Of a stretch of 23,880 nucleotides of DNA, positions 16,179 to 23,880 are shown piece after piece. The stretch is taken from positions 132,351-156,230 of the forward strand of contig CP070761.1 in the NCBI GenBank assembly GCA_020348985.1, read 5' to 3'. Source of the stretch: Candidatus Thorarchaeota archaeon (GTDB lineage: Archaea; Asgardarchaeota; Thorarchaeia; Thorarchaeales; Thorarchaeaceae). Position numbers and translations under genes: made by a program. Position 1 is the first letter of the stretch, and each line of letters opens with the position of its first letter. The notes beneath the pieces were generated by a model. That model ran no database searches and was not told the origin of the DNA. It was given only the letters and a program-made list of their open reading frames with translations.

Positions 16179-16949
16179 TCACTCATCGTCATGCCAATCG
16201 AGATCGTCAATGTCGTCCCAATATCCCGCGGACCTAGGATAAGAGTAATCGATATGCTTGAGCTTCTTCAACTTCTTGAGATCCTTCATTGCATGACCTA
16301 CTGATCTAGAGATTCTGGGGCCGATATCTCTCAGCCCGTCGATGCCGGCAATTCCATCCTTGGTCACTGTTATCGTCTTGCCATCGTAGTTTGTGACGGC
16401 AACCCCATCCCCGCTCACTGATACTAATCCATTCTCTCCAATAACAAAGACATTCTTGTCGTAGACAAAGATGAGCTCACGCTCTCTGACGACCAAGATC
16501 ACTTCTATGTCTTCTTCATCTTTTCCAAGGAATATCTGCCCGTCTCTTCTCTCGAAATCAGTCTTGCTGTGTTCTCCGGCGTACTCATCTCGGGCCCGTG
16601 CAACTTCTTTCAGGAATTCGGATATGCTGTTGAAACCAAATGCTGCAACCTGTTGCTCGCGTGCGTCACTGGAAATGCCTTCAATGGCCTTGGTGTCGCC
16701 AACATAGAATTGGATTCCGCCAAGTCGGCCAGAGAAAGACCTGCCCATGGCCCCCACGTCAGTCTCCGCGATAGCATCAACTGCAAATCGTGATGGTCCA
16801 GTGAAAGCAACACCAGTTCTCATGCCTTTATCAAGAAGGCCGGTCCAGATACAACCAGGCTCCAGTTCCACTATCGCCATTTCATGCGATATCAGCTCAA
16901 GCGCTGAGGTTGTGATCATCACTTTGTCTTCTATCTCCAAGTTCTTCAT
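16179..16949 (-). CDS. Hypothetical protein, beta-rich, translationally coupled to the ArsR-type regulator
   Basis: 256-aa ORF with an ATGA overlap with the upstream gene and SD GGAGGA. I recognised no family. Confidence 0.75.
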   Translation of the reverse strand: MKNLEIEDKVMITTSALELISHEMAIVELEPGCIWTGLLDKGMRTGVAFTGPSRFAVDAIAETDVGAMGRSFSGRLGGIQFYVGDTKAIEGISSDAREQQVAAFGFNSISEFLKEVARARDEYAGEHSKTDFERRDGQIFLGKDEEDIEVILVVRERELIFVYDKNVFVIGENGLVSVSGDGVAVTNYDGKTITVTKDGIAGIDGLRDIGPRISRSVGHAMKDLKKLKKLKHIDYSYPRSAGYWDDIDDLDWHDDE

Positions 16950-17890
16950 TCCAATTCCTCCGAGTCTTTCACTTGGTCTTCTTCGCTTCTCCTCTCTTCT
17001 TCGTCATCGAAAGTAACAGCGACCGCCATTGATTCGTCGTCATCTGCGGTCTCAGTTCGTCCGTTGTCTCGGCGTTCTCGCTCGACGCGGCTGGTGAGCC
17101 ATTGAGCAAGCCGATAGGCTAGACTTCCAATCACTGTGACATAGTACGTGCCCCTGACTTCACCCTTCACAACATACTTAGCCTCTAGGAGCGGAGCTAG
17201 GTGGTGAGTAAGAGAACTACCTGTCTTGCCAGTGTGTTCCTCTAGTTCGTTGAACGTCTTCCCCCCATCCTTGAGGAACTCTAGGATTTTCAAACGTTCT
17301 TCACTACCAAGGGGACTTACTACCTTTGCTACCCTTTCAGGTGGTATCTGCCTGATGCTCGTCTTGCTTTTTCTCTTGTCACGCTTACGCCGCCCTTTCC
17401 GGAGTCTGATGTGTGGCATCCGGATTGAACTCTCGATGTCGGTACCCAAGCCCTTCAGAGACATCTCGATCTGTTCGCCCAGTCCTTCCATCATATCCTC
17501 GAGACCCTCAGTGATTCCAGTCAGGTCGACAACTCTAGGAGGCCGGGGTGGTTTTGATGGCTCGGCCGGTTTGGGCGGCTTAGGCATTCGCCTTGCCACA
17601 CGTATCCGACGAGAGTCGATTCTCTCCCTTCGGATGTCCTCAATCTCGCGCTGAAGATCTTCTTTCATCCTCCGGACATCTTCGATTTCGCTTCGAAGTC
17701 TCTCGACCTCATCCAGGTCAGCTTGGGTTTCGTGAACGCGATCTATCAGCTCTTCTTCGTGGTCGACAAGCTCGTCTTCTTGGTCTATGAGCTCATCCTC
17801 TTGGTCCAGCAATTCATCTTCTTCTTCGAGAAGTTCGTCTTCTTCGTCATCAGCAAACTCCTCATCATAATCATCATAGTTGTCGTACAT
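16946..17890 (-). CDS. ArsR-family wHTH regulator with long acidic heptad-repeat/coiled-coil N-terminus
   Basis: PLGSEERLKILEFLKDGGKTFNELEEHTGKTGSSLTHHLAPLLEAKYVVKGEVRGTYYVT, preceded by an acidic repeat, a coiled coil, a Pro-rich linker and a basic patch. Confidence 0.85.
   Translation of the reverse strand: MYDNYDDYDEEFADDEEDELLEEEDELLDQEDELIDQEDELVDHEEELIDRVHETQADLDEVERLRSEIEDVRRMKEDLQREIEDIRRERIDSRRIRVARRMPKPPKPAEPSKPPRPPRVVDLTGITEGLEDMMEGLGEQIEMSLKGLGTDIESSIRMPHIRLRKGRRKRDKRKSKTSIRQIPPERVAKVVSPLGSEERLKILEFLKDGGKTFNELEEHTGKTGSSLTHHLAPLLEAKYVVKGEVRGTYYVTVIGSLAYRLAQWLTSRVERERRDNGRTETADDDESMAVAVTFDDEEERRSEEDQVKDSEELE
17741..17845. repeat. Five degenerate 21-bp tandem repeats encoding (E/Q/H)-E-(D/E)-E-L-(L/I/V)-(D/E)
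   Basis: Units: atctatcagctcttcttcgtg / gtcgacaagctcgtcttcttg / gtctatgagctcatcctcttg / gtccagcaattcatcttcttc / ttcgagaagttcgtcttcttc. Confidence 0.8.
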
Positions 17891-17902
17891 TATCTGACAC
17901 TA

Positions 17903-17931
17903 ACTGTAAAAATGTACAGTAATGATATAAA
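17903..17931 (-). promoter_or_regulatory. TATA box plus downstream inverted-repeat operator for the ArsR regulator operon
   Basis: Minus-strand TTTATA (17931-17926). ACTGTA-N6-TACAGT (17903-17920) lies between the TATA box and the ATG, with an extra half-site TACAGT at 17950-17955. Confidence 0.6.
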
Positions 17932-17982
17932 GTTTTTGTTCGGCTCAATTACAGTTCTGTCGTGTCTGACTCAGTAAGTGCA

Positions 17983-19254
17983 TCAAGCATCCAGATTCTC
18001 AATAATTGTGGCAACCCCTTGTCCACCGCCTACACAGGCATTGGCAAGGCCATACTTTGCCTTCTTGTCTTTGAGGATTCTTGCAAGGGTCCCTGTCAAT
18101 CTGATCATCGTTGCGCCCAATGGATGCCCTATGGCAATCGACCCGCCCATGACATTCACCTTCTCCTCGGGAATGCCAAGTTTGTCCATGCAGTTGAGAG
18201 GTACAATGCTGAATGCCTCGTTTATCTCCCAATAGTCAATATCATCGACACTCAACCCCGCATGCTCCAGAGCTTTCTTGCTGGCTGGTACTGGTCCACG
18301 ACCCATTACAGTGGGATCAACTCCTGCCCATCCCATAGAGACGATTCTTGCCATGGGTTCCAAGCCTCTTGATTCCGCCTCCTTCGCTTCCATCAAAACC
18401 GCCGCTGCAGCACCTGCATTAAGAGGTGAAGCATTACCCGGCGTAATGACGCCCTCATCTGTCCCCTCTCGCTTGATGTACCCCTCCTTTCCACCATTCT
18501 TCTCAAGAAACAGGGGTGTCGACACTCTAGGTAAGGTTGAGACTTTTTCAAGTGTTGAAGGTCGGGCGCTCAGATCCCTATCCACCAGCATGGGTTCGTC
18601 GATGTTACCAGGAGTGTGACCCTCAAAGGTTATTATCTCACCTTTGAACCATCCATTCTCCTGATTCTTGACTGCCAGATTATGACTTCTCACACCAAAC
18701 CTATCCAGATCCTCCTTGGTGAAGGTAGGAACCTCTTCCTCATACAGCTTCTGTGCTGTTTGAATCATGTTGAACGTTGTAGCGATATCCATGTCTGGCC
18801 TATAGAACTCAGACTCCTCGTCACCAATCGAGAGGTTGGGTTCCACCCCGCGTCCCCTTACCCTGGTCATATGCTCAAAACCAGTTGAAAGCACAGTTGT
18901 GCTGAACCCGGTCATGATTTCCATGATACCAATGTGCATCCCAGTACCTGCAGAACCACATTGCCGATCAACGAACAGGGACGGCACATGATGCGGAAAC
19001 CCTGACATGAAGGCGACAATCTTTCCTCCATAAACCCAGTTCTCAAGAACGCCTGAGGCCACACCCACGGTAATCTCATCGATGTCCTTCTTCTCGATTC
19101 CCATGTTTGCAAGCGATTCATCAAACATCTTCAAGAGCAGCTGAGACAGGAGCGTGTCTCCCCTGATCTCACCAAATGCGTCAGTCTCTGGCTTATTGGG
19201 ACGCGATCGTGAGAATGGGGTACGTGCATAATCAACCAACCAGACTTCTTTCAT
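17983..19254 (-). CDS. Acetyl-CoA C-acyltransferase (thiolase)
   Basis: YARTPF, catalytic RQCGSA, NEAF, GHPLGA and CVGGGQG motifs. SD GGAGGG precedes ATG 19254 (MKEVWLVD). Confidence 0.95.
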   Translation of the reverse strand: MKEVWLVDYARTPFSRSRPNKPETDAFGEIRGDTLLSQLLLKMFDESLANMGIEKKDIDEITVGVASGVLENWVYGGKIVAFMSGFPHHVPSLFVDRQCGSAGTGMHIGIMEIMTGFSTTVLSTGFEHMTRVRGRGVEPNLSIGDEESEFYRPDMDIATTFNMIQTAQKLYEEEVPTFTKEDLDRFGVRSHNLAVKNQENGWFKGEIITFEGHTPGNIDEPMLVDRDLSARPSTLEKVSTLPRVSTPLFLEKNGGKEGYIKREGTDEGVITPGNASPLNAGAAAAVLMEAKEAESRGLEPMARIVSMGWAGVDPTVMGRGPVPASKKALEHAGLSVDDIDYWEINEAFSIVPLNCMDKLGIPEEKVNVMGGSIAIGHPLGATMIRLTGTLARILKDKKAKYGLANACVGGGQGVATIIENLDA

Positions 19255-19463
19255 ACTCCCCTCCGGTAGGGTCACGGGTATTAATCCTTGTTTCATCGAT
19301 GAAATCTGAAAGTCTCAATTGCGCATTTCGACTATCAATATGCGCAAGTTCAGAGACTAGCGCCTAGAAGCCGTGAAAGTGGCGTCTGTAAGCACCTCAC
19401 AGAAACGCCTAAATAGGCTTGAAACATCCTTTTTCGTGCGTTTCTCGTCTAAAGACGACACGC

Positions 19464-19491
19464 TTATAACCACCGGGAGGAAACAATTGTT
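19464..19491 (+). promoter_or_regulatory. Putative promoter of the histone gene
   Basis: TTATAA at 19464-19469 and the perfect palindrome AACAATTGTT at 19482-19491; ATG at 19518. Confidence 0.5.
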
Positions 19492-19517
19492 AACTCTCAG
19501 TTGGGGGTATAGGAAAA

Positions 19518-19691
19518 ATGGCGACATATTTTGTTAAATCAGCTATAAAGGAGTATGCGAAAAAGAAGGGTTTCAACGTTGGCAGTGACACATACGATCG
19601 TCTCAACAAAGAGATTGAATCTATGCTAGATGCTGCATTCAAGCGCACAAAGGAAAACAAGCGCAAGACCCTGAAAGCATACGACCTGTAA
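19518..19691 (+). CDS. Histone-fold protein, truncated-alpha3 type (face-to-face/DUF1931-like), 57 aa; not in ORF track
   Basis: MATYFVKSAIKEYAKKKGFNVGSDTYDRLNKEIESMLDAAFKRTKENKRKTLKAYDL*. It shows alpha1, L1 (NVGSD), alpha2 and the L2 RKTLxxxD signature. It is basic and has its own TATA box and a downstream hairpin. Confidence 0.88.
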   Translation: MATYFVKSAIKEYAKKKGFNVGSDTYDRLNKEIESMLDAAFKRTKENKRKTLKAYDL

Positions 19692-19713
19692 AAGAACGAC
19701 CTAGTATAAATTC

Positions 19714-19750
19714 GAGTGGAGGGGTCTGCACGGATGCGACCCCGTCACTC
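19714..19750 (+). terminator. Stem-loop downstream of the histone gene
   Basis: GAGTG-ga-GGGGTC-t-GCA-cgga-TGC-GACCCC-gt-CACTC, followed by TTCTACTTCT. Confidence 0.55.
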
Positions 19751-19801
19751 TTCTACTTCTGCTCATTGTTGCTGAATCAGGCGACAGTGACTTGAGCGAT
19801 T

Positions 19802-20266
19802 CTAAATGGACCAATCCTTCGACACTAGAGAGTAGTCTAGAACTCCTGTGTGCATAATCAATTTCCACTTCGAATCCACACGTGTGTAAACCTTGCAGAC
19901 CCTGCCCAACCAGTGGTTCGGGCTTCCATCTGAGTCAACCCAGAGCGTATCGATATCCAGCACCGCAAAAGCGCCGTCTCCTTCATCTGATACCTCAATC
20001 CTTCGAATCGCCCTCTTGTTGTGTGCGAGCTTATGCGTGTCGAACATATCCTGATAGTCTTGTTTCCAACGCTCATAGTTGAAGCGGCCCATCGGAATTT
20101 CCCAGGTTGCAGGATCATGTGCTTGCGGATTAGGCGGCCAAGGCCATACCATATCGGGATGAAAGATGGATAGCAGAAGTTCCACGTCTTGTGTGTCCCA
20201 TGCCCTCGTCTCTCGGCTGACAATCTCCTCAATCTCTTTAGCGATTTCCTGTTTATCGACAGTCAT
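19802..20266 (-). CDS. NTF2-like / SnoaL-like (DUF4440) protein
   Basis: RETRAWDTQDVELLLSIFHPD...GDGAFAVLDIDTLW...KVYTRVDSKWKLIMH. SD AGGAG lies 9 nt before ATG 20266. Confidence 0.85.
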   Translation of the reverse strand: MTVDKQEIAKEIEEIVSRETRAWDTQDVELLLSIFHPDMVWPWPPNPQAHDPATWEIPMGRFNYERWKQDYQDMFDTHKLAHNKRAIRRIEVSDEGDGAFAVLDIDTLWVDSDGSPNHWLGRVCKVYTRVDSKWKLIMHTGVLDYSLVSKDWSI

Positions 20267-20281
20267 ATTCACAGTCTCCTT

Positions 20282-21058
20282 TCACAGAATGAAGGGTCTA
20301 GATTGTCTCTTTAGATGCTTGAAGAGCTTCTTCAACCAGGCGACTTCATTAGGGCCATGAGAATAAAGACATTGGTGGAAGTCAACTGTGAGATCTAGTC
20401 TAGGGAGGAAAAGAAGGCCGGCGTCATCACCTACACCCAGACCGAAATCGCAGTCTTCAACGGAGAATAGACTTGTTTTTTTGGTGTCGAACTGGCTTAG
20501 GAAAAGTGTTTCTTCTCCACGTCCCTGGATCTCATCAATCAATTGGGTCGTCAGGATGATTTCGACGTTTACGTCTTTATGACTAAGCATGCCTGATCCA
20601 TAGATACCCTTCCCAAGATCATGGTCCATGGCTCCCCCTGCTTGTATTGAATTCTGTGGCTTCTCGAAGTCTTCCTTGATTCTGTTTACAATAGAGATTA
20701 TGTCTGTAATGACGTCGAAGTTCAGAGATCTGAATTCCCTTTGGAGATTCTCATCATCAAGAAGCAACGTGTGATTCGAGAAGTATGGGTGCTTTGGGAT
20801 GGTCCGGAAATTACCAAGTGCCTTCCAGATCAGGCCAGAGTTCAGAGTTGGCATATAGCGATTGGATTCGTGGGCGATAACTTCATCCTTCACCAACCTT
20901 GTTAGGTGTTTTTCCAGCGTTGATGGGTAAACATTCAGAGTCCGTCCAATTTCGCTGAACCGGAGCCCATGAGAATTATCGAGTAGCAATTCCAATATTC
21001 TCCGTCTCGTTTGAGACCTAAGCGCCCCCAGTATTCGATCTAGATAGTCATCACTCAT
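20282..21058 (-). CDS. ArsR-type wHTH regulator with DUF1724/FilR1-like C-terminal domain (copy 2)
   Basis: ALRSQTRRRILELL...LRFSEIGRTLNVYPSTLEKHLTRLV, YFSNHTL, and AGLLFLPRLDLTVDF...AWLKKLF, which parallel the 1642-2397 protein. Confidence 0.8.
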   Translation of the reverse strand: MSDDYLDRILGALRSQTRRRILELLLDNSHGLRFSEIGRTLNVYPSTLEKHLTRLVKDEVIAHESNRYMPTLNSGLIWKALGNFRTIPKHPYFSNHTLLLDDENLQREFRSLNFDVITDIISIVNRIKEDFEKPQNSIQAGGAMDHDLGKGIYGSGMLSHKDVNVEIILTTQLIDEIQGRGEETLFLSQFDTKKTSLFSVEDCDFGLGVGDDAGLLFLPRLDLTVDFHQCLYSHGPNEVAWLKKLFKHLKRQSRPFIL

Positions 21059-21174
21059 CCCATTCAACCGCCTTTGGGAAAGGATTCGTTTATACCCCTT
21101 TTGTCGTACAATACGAGATTCTGGTCGCTACTCCTTATATTAGTTCAGAACGATGTCTACGTGAGACATTGAAA

Positions 21175-21882
21175 ATGAAGATTGAGAATGAGAGTCATCA
21201 TGACTTGGATCGATACTTGGAATCAACAGAGCTGTGTGATTGGAGAAACCCGAGTGTTGTTGAGACCGCTGAGAGAGTCACGCAGGGAGCCGGCTCGCCA
21301 GAAGAAAAAGCACTGAGAGTCTTTCATTTCGTGAGAGATGAAGTCGTTTTCAGCATAAGCGATCCCAAATCAAAAGCTTCACAGACATTGAAACGAAGGG
21401 CGGGCGAGTGTGGAACCAAGACGAATCTTCAAATCGCACTTCTTCGTGCATCAGGAATCCCGGCCAGGTTCCACGCATCCAAGTGTAGAAGTGAGGCTCT
21501 GAAGGGCATCATACCAGATTGGCTCTACACTCGAATGCCTGCTATCGTTTCACATTTCTGGACTGAAGTGCACATCAACGGACGTTGGCTAGCGTCTGAG
21601 GGGCTGTTTGACAAGCCGTTGTTTGAAGCATTACTAGACTTGGGTCTGATAGAAAGGCAAAAGATTCCATCTATTGAGTGGGACGGCGAGACCAGTCTAA
21701 TCCTCCTCAAACACTTCATAGTGGATGATCTCGGCATCATGACATCATATGATGATGTCTACTGTATGCTGGATAAACAGAGGAAAGAAGAGGGTATGCC
21801 TCCACGTATTGTGGAACGCCTCCTTGGCAGGTTCATCTACTATATGTTCAAGCGTCGTACAGACAGAATTAGGGAGGCCTAA
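21175..21882 (+). CDS. Transglutaminase-like cysteine protease superfamily protein
   Basis: YLESTELCDW, FHFVRDEV, ASQTL...GECGTK (catalytic Cys), LLRASGIPAR, HFWTEVHINGRW (His). Confidence 0.9.
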   Translation: MKIENESHHDLDRYLESTELCDWRNPSVVETAERVTQGAGSPEEKALRVFHFVRDEVVFSISDPKSKASQTLKRRAGECGTKTNLQIALLRASGIPARFHASKCRSEALKGIIPDWLYTRMPAIVSHFWTEVHINGRWLASEGLFDKPLFEALLDLGLIERQKIPSIEWDGETSLILLKHFIVDDLGIMTSYDDVYCMLDKQRKEEGMPPRIVERLLGRFIYYMFKRRTDRIREA

Positions 21883-21934
21883 CCTTCCCATCAGACGTGA
21901 GCGCTAGGGGAGCCTTGTGCGAGTCTTCAGCCAT

Positions 21935-23134
21935 CTATCTCTCTGACTGCAGTGTTTCCAATTCCTCAATGAGGGCAGGTACAACGGCAAATAGGTCGCC
22001 TACAATACCGAAATCGGCTATCTCGAATATCGGGGCCTCTGGATCCTTGTTTATCGCGACGATTATGTCTGCACTTGACATTCCAGCCAGATGCTGAATA
22101 GCTCCTGAGATTCCGAGTGCGAAGTAGAGCTTTGGACAAATAGTTCGCCCTGACTGTCCTACTTGTTGGGAGGGTGGCAACCATCCGGCATCGACGATTG
22201 GTCGAGAGCCACCGATGGCGGCATCCAGTAACTCTGCTAGCTGCTTGGGCAAGTCGAGGTTCGATGGGTCCTTTATCCCTCTGCCGCTACAGACGACAAT
22301 CTCGGCTTCTTCGACCGACTTCATGCCTTCTGCAACTTCGTTGACCTTCTCTAGAATCCTAGTGCGAACTTGAACTGGACTGATGGTGATTTCCACCTTT
22401 TCGATATCGCCTGTACGAGAGGTGTCTGGCTCTGTCGGCTTGAACACGTTCGGCCTCACAGTGGCCATCTGGGGTCTCGTATATGGAGAGAGAATCTCAG
22501 CCATGATGTTCCCACCGAAGGCAGGCCTGGTTTGAACCAACTGACGTTCGTCATCTATGTCAAGACCGGTACAGTCAGCCGTGAGGCCAAGACCAAGTCG
22601 TGCAGCGATTCTCGGTGCGAGGTCTCTGCCATTGCCTGTTGCTCCAAACAAAACCACTGCAGGTTTGCGCGGCGCAATCAATGATGTGACTACGATTGTG
22701 TACGCATCTGTGGTGTAATCGGCAAAGATCTTGTCGTCTGCGATTAGTACTTTGTCCGCACCTTGGTGGATTAAACTGTCTGCTACGTGCTCAATCTCAT
22801 GGCCAACAACAATGGCAATGACGTCTTCGCCCAGCTTGTCTGCCAGCTCGCGCCCCTTCGTGACCAACTCGAGAGACACACCCCTGAGTCGACCGTCTGT
22901 TGCTTCACAGACAACCCAGACATCCTTGTACTGAGCGATAGCTTCTTTGTCCACGGTCTTGCGCTCTATCTTGATTGCGTCAGCGGGGCAGATCGCCTCA
23001 CACGAACCACAGAGAACGCATTTGTCCATGTCGAACTTTACCTTGTCACCGTCCTTCTCAATAGCTGCGAAATTACAGGCCTTGGGGCACAACATGCAAC
23101 CTGTACAGGCATCTCTGTCGAATATCAGTGTCAT
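21935..23134 (-). CDS. etfA: Electron transfer flavoprotein alpha subunit with N-terminal 2x[4Fe-4S] ferredoxin domain
   Basis: CTGCMLCPKAC and CVLCGSCEAICP; GRDLAPRIAARL, GLTADCT, TRPAFGGN, QVGQSG, GISGAIQHLAGM, AINKDPEAPIF. Confidence 0.95.
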   Translation of the reverse strand: MTLIFDRDACTGCMLCPKACNFAAIEKDGDKVKFDMDKCVLCGSCEAICPADAIKIERKTVDKEAIAQYKDVWVVCEATDGRLRGVSLELVTKGRELADKLGEDVIAIVVGHEIEHVADSLIHQGADKVLIADDKIFADYTTDAYTIVVTSLIAPRKPAVVLFGATGNGRDLAPRIAARLGLGLTADCTGLDIDDERQLVQTRPAFGGNIMAEILSPYTRPQMATVRPNVFKPTEPDTSRTGDIEKVEITISPVQVRTRILEKVNEVAEGMKSVEEAEIVVCSGRGIKDPSNLDLPKQLAELLDAAIGGSRPIVDAGWLPPSQQVGQSGRTICPKLYFALGISGAIQHLAGMSSADIIVAINKDPEAPIFEIADFGIVGDLFAVVPALIEELETLQSER

Positions 23135-23136
23135 CT

Positions 23137-23880
23137 CTAGATCGCCCCCTTCTTTGCCAAGTACTCCACAAGTTGCTTTGCAGCCTCCTTGGGATCATCG
23201 GCTTCTATCTTCACGCCTCCCTTTCTCTTCTCAGGCGGGAATACCTTGCGAACGGTAGTGGGGGATCCCTTGAGGCCAATCCGGTCAGGGTCGGTGCCAA
23301 GCTTCTCGGCATCGACGACCTCCAGCGGCTTCTTCTTGGCTTTCATGATTCCCATTATGTTGGGGAGCCGTGGTTCATTGAGACCCTTAGTGGCGGTTAG
23401 AAGAACAGGCAGCTTTGCCCTGACGACTTCGTATCCTTCATCGGTCTCTCTGTGCGCAACCACGAACTTGCCATCTTCGGATATCTCAAGATGCCTGACG
23501 TAGCAAATCTGAGGGATGCCTAGTAGTTCTGCGATCTCCGGGCCAACCTGAGCTGTATCACCATCGATAGCCTGCTTACCGCAGATGACCAAGTCATATT
23601 CCATCTGTTTGATTTGCTCAGCGAGGGTAAGTGCAGTCGCCCACGTGTCAGCACCGGCAAATGCACGGTCGGTCATGTGAATCGCTGTGTCACCACCCAT
23701 GGCTAGAGACTTGTAGAGAACGTCTACGGCTTGTGGGGGACCCATAGTTATTATTGTCACTTCGCCACCATATTGCTCCTTCAATTGGATAGCAGCTTCG
23801 ACGGCGTATTCATCAAACGGGTTCAAAATGCTGGGAACTCCGTCACGTATCAGAGTGCCAGTCTCGGGATTGACCTTGAC
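23137..23880 (-). CDS. etfB: Electron transfer flavoprotein beta subunit (5' end beyond window)
   Basis: The frame stays open to the window edge (VKVNPETGTLIRDGVPSILNPFDEYAVE). Motifs DRAFAGADTWAT, GKQAIDGDTAQVGP, NEPRLP, GLKGSPT. Confidence 0.95.
   Translation of the reverse strand, partial: VKVNPETGTLIRDGVPSILNPFDEYAVEAAIQLKEQYGGEVTIITMGPPQAVDVLYKSLAMGGDTAIHMTDRAFAGADTWATALTLAEQIKQMEYDLVICGKQAIDGDTAQVGPEIAELLGIPQICYVRHLEISEDGKFVVAHRETDEGYEVVRAKLPVLLTATKGLNEPRLPNIMGIMKAKKKPLEVVDAEKLGTDPDRIGLKGSPTTVRKVFPPEKRKGGVKIEADDPKEAAKQLVEYLAKKGAI

Noticed and set aside
17741-17845. CRISPR array
   Set aside because: The units are contiguous, degenerate at codon third positions and in frame within a CDS, with no spacers and no cas genes.
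19714-19750. SECIS element or tRNA
   Set aside because: It has no cloverleaf or T-loop and no SECIS-type core. I found no in-frame TGA at a Cys-equivalent position in neighbouring genes.
23137-23826. EtfB start at 23826 as given by the ORF track
   Set aside because: Conserved EtfB sequence (TGTLIRDGVPSILNP) continues to the window edge, so the real start is outside the window.
1-23880. Mobile element, provirus or defence island
   Set aside because: I recognised no transposase, integrase, capsid, nuclease-type defence genes or terminal repeats, and composition appears uniform by eye.

Overview
This is an archaeal chromosomal window, most likely from an Asgard archaeon (Thorarchaeia-like). 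That assignment is inferred from gene content and archaeal TATA-type promoters, not from a marker gene. It holds about 25 densely packed CDSs. The metabolic and housekeeping genes are a flavin reductase, two TIGR04076-like Cys proteins, DinB, a CPA2 antiporter, endonuclease III, a flavodoxin, a heterodimeric ABC exporter, a thiolase, an NTF2-like protein, a transglutaminase-like protein, and EtfB plus ferredoxin-fused EtfA. There are also five winged-helix regulators. I saw no rRNA, tRNA, CRISPR array or mobile element. Highlights: (i) an adjacent gene pair encoding a longin-roadblock multi-domain protein and an internally duplicated V4R/Bet3-like protein, the two fold classes of the eukaryotic TRAPP core; (ii) a 57-aa truncated-alpha3 histone missing from the ORF track (19518-19691); (iii) a two-domain arrestin/Vps26-fold protein; (iv) a membrane-tethered HTH regulator upstream of a large acidic surface protein with a palindromic upstream site; (v) a 45-aa hairpin-repeat insertion in an ABC ATPase; (vi) an acidic heptad-repeat ArsR regulator with a candidate operator and a coupled unknown gene. 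All domain calls were made by eye from motifs, with no database search.
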